Shown in pieces: positions 51,366 through 62,063 of a stretch of DNA of 64,000 nucleotides; position 1 is the first letter of the stretch, and each line of letters opens with the position of its first letter. This DNA comes from an uncultured delta proteobacterium (GTDB lineage: Bacteria; Myxococcota_A; UBA9160; UBA4427). The stretch spans positions 256,001 to 320,000 of the forward strand of contig CAWGJT010000005.1 of the NCBI GenBank assembly GCA_963822965.1, written 5' to 3'. The notes under the pieces were generated by a model. The model was given only the letters and a program-made list of their open reading frames with translations, was not told the DNA's origin and ran no database searches. Both the position numbers and the translations under genes were made by a program.

Positions 51366-53441
51366 GTGAAGAGAGGATCGTTGCCGCACTTCGGGTACAC
51401 CCGCCGGCTGTGCATCGCGATCCTGCTTCCGGCCCTCACGCTGGTGTGGGCGATCGCCCCGCCTGCGCGCGCGCAGATCGACGGCATCGGCGAGCCCGTG
51501 GACCCGGGCCCGGCCTTCCTCGTGAGCCGGTTCACGGTGCGTTATGCGGATCCCCACCCGGACCAGCCGCCCCTGGACCGGATCCTCCCCCTGACCGTCC
51601 GCCTGGGTACGACCCGGAGCGGCTTCGTGGCGCCGCACCCGGACCGGCCTTCGACCACGATCCAGGTGGGGGGCCCTGCGGGCGCCGCCCTCCCCTACCA
51701 CTCCGGTGCCATCGGTGCCGTCGCCAGGGCGTTGCTGGTGGCCCTGCAGCGGGAGGGTCTCCTCGGTGTGTACGTCGAGCCCGATCCGTCGGACCTCGAC
51801 GTCGAGAACGAGCGCGACCTGCGTCCCGCGGGTGACACCGAGCTGGCGCTGGTGGTCACCACCGCCCGGGTGCGGGCCCTGCGCACCATCGCGAGCGGCG
51901 ACCGGGTGAAGAGCGAGTGGCTGATCGACAACGAGATCCACGATCGCATCCGCCGCCACTCGCCCATCCAACCCACGGGCGCCGACTCGGACGACACGAC
52001 GGATCTCGTCGACGCCGACCGGCTCGACGACTATCTCTTCCGACTGAATCGCCATCCCGGCCGACGGGTGGACGCCGCGCTGGCGCCCGCCGAGGACGGC
52101 AAGGGGGTTTCCCTCGACTACCTCGTCACGGAATCGAAGCCCTGGTACGTGTACGCCCAGGTCTCCAACACGGGCACCAGCGCCACCAGCAAGTACCAGC
52201 AGCGCTTCGGCTACGTGAACGACCAGCTCCTCGACCGGGACGACACCCTCACGTTCGAGTACTTCCGCGCCGGGCTCGACGACCTGAACGGCGTGAGCTT
52301 CTCCTACGAGGCGCCGTGGTTCGACTCCGATCGGCCCTGGTGGTGGAGCACGCCGGCCGACGGACCCGACTGGCTCGCCTGGCTCGACCGCTCGAAGCTT
52401 CCCTGGTTCGGCAACGACTTCCTGCGCTGGCGGCTCTTCGGCTCCTACACCAACTCCCAGATCGAGGTTCCCCTGGAAGAGGGCGAGCACGAGACCGTCC
52501 AGGACACGGACTGGAACGTCGGGACCGACCTCATCTACAACGTCTTCCAGTACCGGTCGTTCTTCCTCGACGTCTTCGGCGGTGTCGAAGGACGCGGCGT
52601 GACGATCGACAACGACGCGGCCGTCTCCAAGGCCTCGCGCTTCTTCCTGCTGCCCCAGGGCGGTCTCGAGGCCGAACGCGTGAACCCGCTCTCGAGCTTC
52701 TTCGCCAACCTCACCTTCAGCGGCAGCGTCACCTCCGCCCGCATCACGTCCGTCGAGGAGGGAGGCAACCCGGCCGGCGGCCTCCAGGCCCTGGGCCGCG
52801 CCAACCCCGACGACAAGTGGCTGGTGATGACGGGCGACCTGGGCATCTCCCAGTACCTGGAGCCCCTGCTGAACCCCTCCGGCTGGGACGACCCCAGCAC
52901 CGCCCGCAGCTCCACCCTGGCCCACGAGATCGCCATCGGCGCCCGGGGCCAGTACGCGTTCGGCTATCGCCTGATCCCCCAGGCCGAGCAGGTGGTGGGC
53001 GGGCTCTACAGCGTGCGCGGCTACGACCAGTCGGCGGCGGTGGGCGACAACGTGGTCATCGGCAGCTTCGAGTACCGCTTCCACCTGCCCCACGCCCTGC
53101 CGGTGGACCGCGAGCCGGCGCACCTGCCGCTCTTCGGGGACTTCCGCGTCGCGCCCCAGCAGGTGTACGGCCGGCCCGACTGGGACTTCATCCTGCGGGC
53201 CTTCGTCGACGCGGGCGCCACGTCGTCCAACAAGCGGCTGGACCGGGACCCCATGACGGGCATCAAGCTCGAGCCCAGCGAATTCCTGATGGGCGCCGGC
53301 CTCGGGGCCGAGCTGAGGATCCGAAACAACTTCACCGCCCGGGTCGACTGGGCGACCGCGCTCAAGAGCACGCAGAGCACCACCAACCAGACGGACGCCG
53401 GCGACCAGCAGGTTAACTTTCTGTTCACGATCCTGTATTGA
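51366..53441 (+). CDS. TpsB (ShlB/FhaC/HecB) two-partner secretion transporter
   Basis: Signal peptide, LNRHPGR, SNTG...T, GGLYSVRGY Omp85 loop-6 motif, beta-barrel C-terminus FTILY. Confidence 0.9.
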   Translation: MKRGSLPHFGYTRRLCIAILLPALTLVWAIAPPARAQIDGIGEPVDPGPAFLVSRFTVRYADPHPDQPPLDRILPLTVRLGTTRSGFVAPHPDRPSTTIQVGGPAGAALPYHSGAIGAVARALLVALQREGLLGVYVEPDPSDLDVENERDLRPAGDTELALVVTTARVRALRTIASGDRVKSEWLIDNEIHDRIRRHSPIQPTGADSDDTTDLVDADRLDDYLFRLNRHPGRRVDAALAPAEDGKGVSLDYLVTESKPWYVYAQVSNTGTSATSKYQQRFGYVNDQLLDRDDTLTFEYFRAGLDDLNGVSFSYEAPWFDSDRPWWWSTPADGPDWLAWLDRSKLPWFGNDFLRWRLFGSYTNSQIEVPLEEGEHETVQDTDWNVGTDLIYNVFQYRSFFLDVFGGVEGRGVTIDNDAAVSKASRFFLLPQGGLEAERVNPLSSFFANLTFSGSVTSARITSVEEGGNPAGGLQALGRANPDDKWLVMTGDLGISQYLEPLLNPSGWDDPSTARSSTLAHEIAIGARGQYAFGYRLIPQAEQVVGGLYSVRGYDQSAAVGDNVVIGSFEYRFHLPHALPVDREPAHLPLFGDFRVAPQQVYGRPDWDFILRAFVDAGATSSNKRLDRDPMTGIKLEPSEFLMGAGLGAELRIRNNFTARVDWATALKSTQSTTNQTDAGDQQVNFLFTILY

Positions 53442-53461
53442 TGGAGCCGCGAGGAGAAGCG

Positions 53462-56400
53462 ATGCCCTCCCCGAATCCCCAGCCCCGCAGCCGACCGCGC
53501 AAGCGGCGCCGGAAGCAGGCTGCTGTCACCGCAGGGACGCGACCGGCGCTCGGTCGCGTCACCGCGCGCTGGCTGGCCGGCCTCTCCGCGGGCGTCGGGG
53601 TCGGGCTCGCGCTGGCGCCAGCGGTGCACGCCGAGCCGCGCGGTGGGCGGGTGGTGTCCGGCCAGGCCACCGTCACCCAGGAGGGAAGCCACACCCAGAT
53701 CGACACCAGCACCTACCGCACCCGCATGCGCTGGGACAGCTTCGACATCGCCACCGACGAGTCGGTCCACGTGCAGCAGCCCACGTCCCACTCGAGCCTG
53801 CTCAACCAGGTCACGGACGCGCGCGTCACGAACATCGACGGCAGCCTGACCTCCAACGGACAGGTGTGGATCGTCAACCCGGCGGGCGTCTACTTCGGCG
53901 GCAACGCGGTGGTGGACGTGTCCAAGCTCGTGGCCGGCGCCGGCGACATCTCCAACCGCGCCTTCATGAAGGGCGTCCAGCACTTCACGAACCTGCGGGG
54001 CGAGGTGCGCAACGACGGCGTCCTCCACGGCGCGGACGGGGTCTCGCTGCTGGGGCGCGCGGTCAGCAACAACGGTCAGATCGTGACCCAGGGCGGCGAC
54101 CTGGTGATGGCCGCGGGCGACGACATCTGGGTCTCGCGCCGGGACACCCACATCCTGACCCACATGCCCGACGCCGGCGGCGTGACGACGACCCCGGCGG
54201 TGGAGAACACCGGCGTGCTCGACGCCGGCGGCGGCCGGGCACGGATGGCCGCCGGCGACCTGCTGGGCCTCGCGATCCGCAACAGCGGCGAGATCCACGC
54301 CCACCAGATCGCCCTGGAGGCCGGCGCGGGCAGCATCGTCGACGTGTCGGGCACCCTCGACGCCCGGAACGACGCGGCGGACGCGCTCGGCGGCAGCATC
54401 GAGGTGACCGGCGACTGGGTGAACGTCCACGACGCGGAGCTCGACGCCTCGGGCGGCGCGGGCGGCGGCCGCATCCACGTGGGCGGCGAGGTGTTCGGCG
54501 GCCGCGGGGCCGGCCGCGGCGCGAGGAAGGCCAAGCTGCGCAACGCGCGCGGCACCTTCGTCGACGACGACTCGGTGATCCGCGCGGATGCCCTGGCCGA
54601 CGGCGACGGCGGCGAGGTCGTCGTCTGGTCCGACGAGATCAGCCGCGTGAGCGGCGTGCTCTCGGCCCAGGGCGGCGCGCAGGGCGGGGACGGCGGCTTC
54701 ATCGAGACCTCGAGCAAGGGTCGGCTCGACCTGGGGGCGGACGTGAACGTCGGCGCGCCCGCCGGGCGCCCGGGCGCCTGGCTGCTCGACCCGGCGAACG
54801 TCGCCGTGGTGAGCCAGGCGGAGTTCGATCTCGGCGGCGACGACGTCCAGGTCTGTCCCGACAACGACCAGTGCCAGGCGCTGTCGGTCTTCCTGACCGA
54901 CGGGGTCTTCCAGCCCCTCGAGCCGCCGCCCGACGTGCCGAACCCCACGCCGCCCCCCGACACCATGCCCGGCGAGTCCCTGGTCTCCGCCGACAGCATC
55001 GAGAAGGCGCTGCTGCGCGGCGGGAACGTCGTCGTCACCACCCAGGCGATCGCGCTGAACCTCACCACCGACGCCACGGGCTACATCCAGGTGCGCGAGC
55101 CCATCGAGATCGAGAGCGGCTTCGCCGTCGCCCCGAACACCCAGAGCACCCTGCAGCTCTTCGCGGCCGGCGACGTCCTGATCGACGAGCCCATCGCCAG
55201 CGACAATCCCGACCTCGAGCTGTCCCTCGACCTCTTCGCCAACGACAACGACGTCTCCGCGGGTCCCGGCGGCCAGCCCGAGAACCAGGACCAGCTGCGC
55301 TACGGCGACGTGATCGTCAACATGCCCCTGCGCACCATGGGCGGCCGGCTGCGCGCCACCGGCACCAACGTCGAGATCCACGCGGACGTGGACACCACCG
55401 CGGCCGACCCGGACGTGGACGGCGGCACCGTGGAGCTCCAGGCCGAGGACCTGGTGGCGACGGGCCTGCTGAAGGGCCTTCCCGACGGACAGGGCGACGC
55501 CAACCAGTACGGCAACGTCACCGTGGACGGCACCCTGACGACCAACGGCGGCGGCTTCACCAGCGGCGGCGAGCAGTTCACCCAGACCGACGGCCACACC
55601 ATCGACGCCTTCCGCCCCGACCCGGAGGCCGGCAACTCCGGCTTCGTGCAGCTCTTCCACAGCGCCGAGGTCTGGATCGGGGGCGACCTCCGCACCGAGG
55701 TCGTGCGCCTCTTCGCCGCCTCGAGCGGGCTGGGCGATCTCTTCCTCGGCCAGGACCGGACCGGCGCTCCCACCGGCTCCGTGCTCGAGGCGAACCAGAT
55801 CGAGCTCAACGCCGGCGACGGCACGCCCACGGTGAGCAACGACGCCGACGCGCGCATCGTGATCGACGCGAGCACGCACCTGCAGTCGCCGGACGATCCC
55901 ACCGCCACGCCCGAGCGCTTCACCTTCAGCCAGGACGCAAACATCGTCGACGCCGACCTTCCCTCGGCCGGCCAGTTCGGCAGCGGCAGCGTCGCCGACA
56001 TGGTGTACGCCATCACCACCAACGACGGCCGCCTCGAGAACGCGGACATCGAGCTCTCGACGCCGGAGAAGGTGGCGGGCGCCGACCTGGTGCTGATCGC
56101 GCCCGACTCCATCGACGTGCAGGCGGAGATCAACCCGAAGAACGTGCAGCTGGTGCTGTCCCAGAGCTTCACGGTCACCCCGGAGCTCGCCGCCAACCTG
56201 CGGCCCATGGGCGACCCCGCCGAGGGCGACGGCTTCCTGCGCATCCACGCCGGCCGCAGCGGCCAGGGCAATCTCCGCTTCGCCGACGGCGTCGTGCTCC
56301 AGGCCGCGCAGATCGCCCTGCGCGCCGGCGATCCGGACGCCCAGGTCCCGGGGGACAACGGCACGGGCACGACGTCCGAGGTGTTCGCCCGGGGCGAGGG

Positions 56401-59400
56401 CGCCCTCACCTTCCAGGGTCTCGACGACACCTACGGCTCCTTCGAGATCCGCCAGGACGCGAACCTGGACGACCGGAACGTGCCGGACGCCGCTCAGATC
56501 AACGGCGGCGACATCGACGGTCTCGCCTACACGCTGCTCTCCGAGGGCGGCCAGATCGACCTCGACGACCCGACGAAGCTCGCCCGCACCTACCTCACCC
56601 TCACCGCCCTGAACGGCATCACCCTGAACGACCCCATCACCGCCGACGCGCCGCTCAGCGTGCGGAGCGCCGACCTGGGCGGCTTCAACGGCTTCATCGT
56701 CGGCAAGGATCTGCTCTCCCAGATCGACATCGAAGACGACGGGGGACCGCGGGTGCTCACCCTGCGGGCGGGCACGGGCAACCTCAGCTTCCAGTTCAAC
56801 GAGAACATCGCGCCGCCGGGCGAGCCCCTGGACATCGTCGACGTGCAGGTACGGGTGGAGGCGGAGCGCATCGAGCTGCAGGGCGCCACCATCGACGTGG
56901 CCACGGGCACCCCGCTCTTCCAGGTGGACGACGGCACGTCCACCGAGCGGCTCATTCTCCGCTACGGCGGAGAGGTCGCGGACAGCGTGCTCCCCACCGA
57001 GGCCAACTATCCCGACGGTCTCGGCCCGAGCGAGCTCTTCGTCGTCGAGTCGCCGCTCCGGGTGAGCACCGTCCAGGACGAGGGCGGCTGGCAGTTCCCG
57101 GTCCAGGGGGACGTGATCCTCGCGAGCCTGGACGTGAGCGTGGCGCGCAACGACGGCTTCGACCTGGTGCTCACGGATCGCGACAACCTCTGGGGCGACT
57201 CCGTCGCGCTGAAGTCGGTCTTCGAGAGCCAGGGAACCAACCCGGGGCCGCCCATCGTGGGCGGCCGGGTGGACGCGGCCAACGTCGGCTCGATCCGCGG
57301 CTTCGACCCGACCCTCGACTACACCGCCGACGGAACGGTCGCGACCTTGACGCCGGACACCGCCACCAGCGCCTTCTCGATCGAGCAGGACGAGGGCTTC
57401 CTGCTGCGGACGGACCCGGTGAACCGGCTGCCGGACTTCGACGGCGCCGTGGACGGCGACCTGGCGTTCCAGCCGGACGGCTACACCCTCACGAGCCAGA
57501 CGGGCTCCATCGAGGTGGACAACGGCCTGCTCAAGGACACGAACCTCCTGCTACAGCTCGGCGCTCCCGACGACGTCGTGGTCGACTTCGACGGCTCCAG
57601 CGCCCTCGACGTGACGTCGCTGGTGGTCCGGACCAACGGCGAGCTGGTCTTCGGTGCGGACTCCTTCGCGCCCGACGGCACGGCCCTCGGTGACGGCGCC
57701 AACGTCGTCGCCGAGAACGGGATCCAGCTCGAGTCGGGGCTCGACGTACCCGCGCCCGACCCCGAAGACGACAACGCGGACGTCCCCCTCGGCAACCTGC
57801 GCTTCGCGGACGGCGTCGTCCTCGACACCCCGGTGCTCGTCCTCCGGGCCGGGGTCGGCGCCGGCGGATCGACGGAGGCGGTGGTGGACGCGCGCAACGG
57901 CAGCACCCCCGGCAACGCGCCCCAGTTCACGGGGATCGAGTCGTTCGTCGTGTCCCAGGGCGGCTCCGTGGTGAACGGACTGGGCGACGGTGCGGAGCCC
58001 CCCGACACCCTGCTCGGACTGATTCCCAGCCCGGACCAGTTCGCGGACTACGTGCCGGGCTCGGATCCCCTCGACAGCTACGAGATCGAGACCCGGGTGG
58101 GCGACATCGAGATCAACGACCCGAGCGAGCTGCTGATCGCGCGCAGCGTGCGGCTCTTCGCGGGCAGCGACACCGCACCCACCACCATCACGCTGCGCGC
58201 CGACGCACCCGAGACCACCCCCACCTGTGAGACGGCCTGCGCCACCGGGAACGGCCCCGCGAACCTGGTGCTCATCGGTGCCGGCTCCGACGCCGAGTCC
58301 GTGTACCTGCGCGGCCGCCGGATCCTGCTGGAGGCGCCGGCGCCGGGAGGCTACGTGGACGCGGGGGACGAGCGCGTGCTCTTCCAGCTCGTCGGCCCCG
58401 ATCCGGTCTTCGCCATCCGACAGGACGCCCCCGTGCTCGACACGGACGGGAGCCGGCTGCCGGACACCAGCCAGTTCGTCGACGGCCTGGCCCAGACGCC
58501 CTACATCGTGCAGTCGGTGAACGGCATCAGCGTGGGCCGTGAGCTCGCCGACCGGGTGGCGCAGAGCAACCTGGTGCTGGTGGCCGGGCTGCGGGACGAG
58601 GACTTCGAAGCCGCGCTCGGCGGCAAGCGCGGCTTCCCTCCCGTCGCGGATCTCGACGACCCCGAGAACGTGCCGCCCCACGCCTACGACCGCTTCGCCG
58701 ACCGCAACGGCGACGGTCTGGTGGACGAGTCCGACCGAACGCTCTTCGACGCCTTGCCGGACGTCTCCGTGGCGATCGAGGACGACGTCCCGGACCCCAA
58801 CGACCCCTTCGTGCTGCGGCTGCGCAGCCTCGACATCCAATCGCGAGCGGGGGACAGCGCGCCCATCGTCCTGGGCTCGGTGATGATCCAGACCGAGGAG
58901 GACCAGACCTACCGCGACGAGATCCGGCTCACGGGCACCGTGGACGACCCGACGGTGCTCGAGGCCCGGGCCGGCATCCTGCAGCTGCTGAGCCCCACCC
59001 TCACCGCGGACGCCAGCAGCATCACCTTCGAGTACGCGATCGACGGCACCAACGCTTCCGAGCAGGCCCTGGTGGTGAACGCCACCGATCGGATCCAGTT
59101 CCTGAAGGAGATTGGCGCCACCACCCGGCTCGCCCGCCTCCAGATCAACCTCGAGCAGCTGCTGCAGCTGCAGGACCCGCCGCCCACGCCCCGGGCGGAG
59201 TTCGGCAGCGTCGACACCGGCGGCAGCTTCGTCGTCCACGCCGACGAGGTGCTCCTCAACCCCGAGGCCGGCGACCCCGATTCGCGATACGCGCGGCAGC
59301 GCGTCCCGAACGCCGCCACCTTCTTCCGCCGGGGCGGCTCGCTCGAGTTCGACGTCGCAAGCGGCGGCACGTTCACCATGGGCGAGAACGAGAAGCTCTC

Positions 59401-60436
59401 GGTGGACGGCTCCGTGCTCCGCATCGCCGCACCGGGCGGCACCGTCACCGTCGGCGACCTGTCGGCCCTCGACCTCATCGACGTGGACGCCGCCACGATC
59501 CACATCCAGCGCCGGGGAGGCGGCCCCGTCCTGCGGGCGAACGGGCGGAACGAGAAGGACATCGGCGTCGACTTCGTGGCGAACCAGATCGACTTCCACG
59601 ACGGCGCGAACGCCATCCCCACGGCGACCCTGGTGCGCGACCAGGTGGGACACGGCAAGAGCGCCCGCTTCGGCATCGCCGACCCCTACCGGGCGCCGGC
59701 CTTCATGGACGCGTTCTCGGTGGTGGGGCTCGAGTTCAACATCCTCACCGCCGAAGGGCTGGACTTCGGGGACCGCGATCTCGCCATCGACGGCATCCCC
59801 GACGGCATCTCGCGCGTGGCGCTCGCCGACACCTATGCGGACGTGCGGCCCCGGGTGGCGGTCGCGATCCCGGCGGTGCTGCGGGTGCGCGATCCCGACG
59901 CGCTCGATGCGGTCGACCTGCGCCTGCGCGCGCCCACCTCGGCCGAGCTGCGCGCGGCCGCGGGCGGGGCCGCCACGTTCCGCGACCTGGACAGCACCAC
60001 GCGCGATCCGGGGGAGGTCGTCGTCTCCGAGCCCCGCCTCGTCGCCCGCGAGATCGAGCAGACCGCGGCCCTCTACCGGCGTGTCTTCGGCGACGACGGC
60101 AGCCGCGCCGCGTACGTGCGCCAGACCCTGCAGGAAGCCGTGGACGACTACCGGCGCAGCACGGGCGCCCGCCGCATCGTGGGCTTCGAGCTGCGTCGCT
60201 ACGTCTACAACCGGCCGAGCAGCCAGTTCCAGGCCTACCAGGAGCTACAGGGCCTCGATGCCCTGTTCCGCCACCACCGCCGCTCGGGGCTCACCCCCAC
60301 CGAGTACGGCCTGGTCCAGCAGGCGTGGCTCGAAGCGGTGAAGCCCGAGGGCATCACCCTGCGAGAGCTCTCCGAGTTCGTCTATCCCTCGCGCTACGTT
60401 CGGGGCAGCGACGTGCTGGACGTGTTCGGCGACTGA
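53462..60436 (+). CDS. TpsA filamentous haemagglutinin-like exoprotein, 2324 aa
   Basis: TPS domain: WDSFDI, LNQV, IDG.L.SNG.V.IVNPAGV; GGRIHVGG, DGGFIETS, WLLDP. Confidence 0.92.
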   Translation: MPSPNPQPRSRPRKRRRKQAAVTAGTRPALGRVTARWLAGLSAGVGVGLALAPAVHAEPRGGRVVSGQATVTQEGSHTQIDTSTYRTRMRWDSFDIATDESVHVQQPTSHSSLLNQVTDARVTNIDGSLTSNGQVWIVNPAGVYFGGNAVVDVSKLVAGAGDISNRAFMKGVQHFTNLRGEVRNDGVLHGADGVSLLGRAVSNNGQIVTQGGDLVMAAGDDIWVSRRDTHILTHMPDAGGVTTTPAVENTGVLDAGGGRARMAAGDLLGLAIRNSGEIHAHQIALEAGAGSIVDVSGTLDARNDAADALGGSIEVTGDWVNVHDAELDASGGAGGGRIHVGGEVFGGRGAGRGARKAKLRNARGTFVDDDSVIRADALADGDGGEVVVWSDEISRVSGVLSAQGGAQGGDGGFIETSSKGRLDLGADVNVGAPAGRPGAWLLDPANVAVVSQAEFDLGGDDVQVCPDNDQCQALSVFLTDGVFQPLEPPPDVPNPTPPPDTMPGESLVSADSIEKALLRGGNVVVTTQAIALNLTTDATGYIQVREPIEIESGFAVAPNTQSTLQLFAAGDVLIDEPIASDNPDLELSLDLFANDNDVSAGPGGQPENQDQLRYGDVIVNMPLRTMGGRLRATGTNVEIHADVDTTAADPDVDGGTVELQAEDLVATGLLKGLPDGQGDANQYGNVTVDGTLTTNGGGFTSGGEQFTQTDGHTIDAFRPDPEAGNSGFVQLFHSAEVWIGGDLRTEVVRLFAASSGLGDLFLGQDRTGAPTGSVLEANQIELNAGDGTPTVSNDADARIVIDASTHLQSPDDPTATPERFTFSQDANIVDADLPSAGQFGSGSVADMVYAITTNDGRLENADIELSTPEKVAGADLVLIAPDSIDVQAEINPKNVQLVLSQSFTVTPELAANLRPMGDPAEGDGFLRIHAGRSGQGNLRFADGVVLQAAQIALRAGDPDAQVPGDNGTGTTSEVFARGEGALTFQGLDDTYGSFEIRQDANLDDRNVPDAAQINGGDIDGLAYTLLSEGGQIDLDDPTKLARTYLTLTALNGITLNDPITADAPLSVRSADLGGFNGFIVGKDLLSQIDIEDDGGPRVLTLRAGTGNLSFQFNENIAPPGEPLDIVDVQVRVEAERIELQGATIDVATGTPLFQVDDGTSTERLILRYGGEVADSVLPTEANYPDGLGPSELFVVESPLRVSTVQDEGGWQFPVQGDVILASLDVSVARNDGFDLVLTDRDNLWGDSVALKSVFESQGTNPGPPIVGGRVDAANVGSIRGFDPTLDYTADGTVATLTPDTATSAFSIEQDEGFLLRTDPVNRLPDFDGAVDGDLAFQPDGYTLTSQTGSIEVDNGLLKDTNLLLQLGAPDDVVVDFDGSSALDVTSLVVRTNGELVFGADSFAPDGTALGDGANVVAENGIQLESGLDVPAPDPEDDNADVPLGNLRFADGVVLDTPVLVLRAGVGAGGSTEAVVDARNGSTPGNAPQFTGIESFVVSQGGSVVNGLGDGAEPPDTLLGLIPSPDQFADYVPGSDPLDSYEIETRVGDIEINDPSELLIARSVRLFAGSDTAPTTITLRADAPETTPTCETACATGNGPANLVLIGAGSDAESVYLRGRRILLEAPAPGGYVDAGDERVLFQLVGPDPVFAIRQDAPVLDTDGSRLPDTSQFVDGLAQTPYIVQSVNGISVGRELADRVAQSNLVLVAGLRDEDFEAALGGKRGFPPVADLDDPENVPPHAYDRFADRNGDGLVDESDRTLFDALPDVSVAIEDDVPDPNDPFVLRLRSLDIQSRAGDSAPIVLGSVMIQTEEDQTYRDEIRLTGTVDDPTVLEARAGILQLLSPTLTADASSITFEYAIDGTNASEQALVVNATDRIQFLKEIGATTRLARLQINLEQLLQLQDPPPTPRAEFGSVDTGGSFVVHADEVLLNPEAGDPDSRYARQRVPNAATFFRRGGSLEFDVASGGTFTMGENEKLSVDGSVLRIAAPGGTVTVGDLSALDLIDVDAATIHIQRRGGGPVLRANGRNEKDIGVDFVANQIDFHDGANAIPTATLVRDQVGHGKSARFGIADPYRAPAFMDAFSVVGLEFNILTAEGLDFGDRDLAIDGIPDGISRVALADTYADVRPRVAVAIPAVLRVRDPDALDAVDLRLRAPTSAELRAAAGGAATFRDLDSTTRDPGEVVVSEPRLVAREIEQTAALYRRVFGDDGSRAAYVRQTLQEAVDDYRRSTGARRIVGFELRRYVYNRPSSQFQAYQELQGLDALFRHHRRSGLTPTEYGLVQQAWLEAVKPEGITLRELSEFVYPSRYVRGSDVLDVFGD

Positions 60437-60484
60437 GCGCCGCGCGAACACCCCGCGTCGCAGACGAACGCGCAGGGAGGTGAC

Positions 60485-60931
60485 GTGACCGCCGAGAACA
60501 CGCCCGCTCCGGGCCCGAGCACCGACGACGAGCTGCGGGAGCTGCTGGCGGCCACGCACACCGTTGCGGTGGTCGGCATGAAGGACGCGGCGTCCGAGGA
60601 CGCGCATCGCGTGCCGCGCTACCTGCAGGAGCACGGCATGCGCATCCTGCCCGTCAATCCGAAGCTCTCCCGCGTGCTGGGCGAGCGCGCCTACGCGTCG
60701 TTGCGGGAGATCGAGGAGCCGGTGGATCTCGTCGACCTCTTCCGGGCCCCGGACCACATTCCGGCCCACGTGGAGGAGATCCTGGCCATGTCGCCGCTTC
60801 CCCGGGCGGTGTGGATGCAGCTGGGCATCGTGCACGGCGGCGCCGCCGCCCGGCTGCGCGCCGCCGGGATCCAGGTCGTGCAGGACCGCTGCATCATGGT
60901 GGACCACCGGCGCCTCTTCCCCGAGCCGTGA
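60485..60931 (+). CDS. CoA-binding protein (YccU family)
   Basis: VAVVG, PVNP, VDLFR, VWMQLG, VVQDRC. Confidence 0.9.
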   Translation: MTAENTPAPGPSTDDELRELLAATHTVAVVGMKDAASEDAHRVPRYLQEHGMRILPVNPKLSRVLGERAYASLREIEEPVDLVDLFRAPDHIPAHVEEILAMSPLPRAVWMQLGIVHGGAAARLRAAGIQVVQDRCIMVDHRRLFPEP

Positions 60932-61602
60932 CGGCTCCCAGCGCCACCGGCCCCGAGGCCGTGCAGCCGGGGATCGGACGCGATCGTCCGATCGTCGTGC
61001 CCGTCCACTACGACTTCGCGTCGAGCCTCTGCTACGTCGCGCACCGGGTGATGGCGCGCGTCGCCCCGCGCCTGGCGTTCGCGCCCGACGACCCGGGAAG
61101 GCCCGCGATCGAGCTCCGCTGGACGCCCGTCGATCTCGCCGGCCTGCTGAACTGGCGGCGCGGGGGCATGGTCCCCGACGATCGGCGCGCGAACGTCCTG
61201 CGGGTGGCGCGCGAGCTCCGGGTGCCCGTGCGGGTGCCGCCCCGCTGGCTCGACTCGCGACGGGCGATGGCGGCAGCCCTCGCCCTGGCAGGGAAGGCCG
61301 CGGAGCTGGCGTGGCGGGAACGCGTGCTCACCGCCATCTTCGAGGAGGGGCGGGACTGCGGCGCCCCGGACGAGCTCGAGCGCTGGGCTCGGGACCTGGG
61401 TCTCGCCTTCGACGACGCGATGCTCGAGCGGAACCTCGACGAGCTCGAGCGCCGCACCCGCGCCGCCGCGGAAGTGATGGTGACGGGCGTTCCCACCTTC
61501 ATGCTGGCGGAGTGGCCCATGGGCGGCATCCAGGACGACGACACCATGGTGAGCCTGATCCACCGCTTCGCCCGGCGGGCCCGGGCGCGGGGTGCGCTGT
61601 GA
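60928..61602 (+). CDS. DsbA/HCCA-isomerase family thioredoxin-fold protein
   Basis: HYDFASSLCY, DSRRA, VTGVPTF. Confidence 0.75.
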   Translation: MTAPSATGPEAVQPGIGRDRPIVVPVHYDFASSLCYVAHRVMARVAPRLAFAPDDPGRPAIELRWTPVDLAGLLNWRRGGMVPDDRRANVLRVARELRVPVRVPPRWLDSRRAMAAALALAGKAAELAWRERVLTAIFEEGRDCGAPDELERWARDLGLAFDDAMLERNLDELERRTRAAAEVMVTGVPTFMLAEWPMGGIQDDDTMVSLIHRFARRARARGAL

Positions 61603-61973
61603 GCGCGCGACGCGGGGACGGCACCGTCTACTCCTCCGAGCACGGCCGCATGTGCCCGCACTGCGGCCTGCCGGAGAAGAAGTGCCAGTGCCGCGCGAAT
61701 CCCCGCGGCGCGGGACGCGACGCCCCGGCCGGCGACGGCGTGGCCCGGGTGCGACGCGAGAAGAAGGGCCGCGGCGGCAAGACCGTCACCACCGTGACGG
61801 GCCTCGCCATGCCCCCCGAAGAGCTGAAGCGACTCGCCCAGGAGCTGCGACGCGAGTGCGGCAGCGGCGGAACCCTGAAGGACGGTGTCGTCGAGATCCA
61901 GGGCGACCACGCCGACAAGCTCATGACCGCCCTCGAAGCCCGAGGCCTGAAAGCGAAGCGAGCCGGAGGCTGA
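61599..61973 (+). CDS. yciH: SUI1/eIF1 family translation factor
   Basis: VYSSE, REKKGRGGKTVT.V.G, CGSGGTLKDG..EIQGDH. Confidence 0.93.
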   Translation: MSARRGDGTVYSSEHGRMCPHCGLPEKKCQCRANPRGAGRDAPAGDGVARVRREKKGRGGKTVTTVTGLAMPPEELKRLAQELRRECGSGGTLKDGVVEIQGDHADKLMTALEARGLKAKRAGG

Positions 61974-62063
61974 CCTCCCGCACCGGCCGGACCCGTCGCG
62001 GAGCCGGAAGCGAAGCCGAGCCCCCCGCAAGCGAAGCGCAGCGGCGACTCCTCGATCCCGCGA

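Noticed and set aside
51366..60436. Contact-dependent inhibition locus
   Set aside because: No VENN/pre-toxin motif, recognisable toxin domain or immunity ORF
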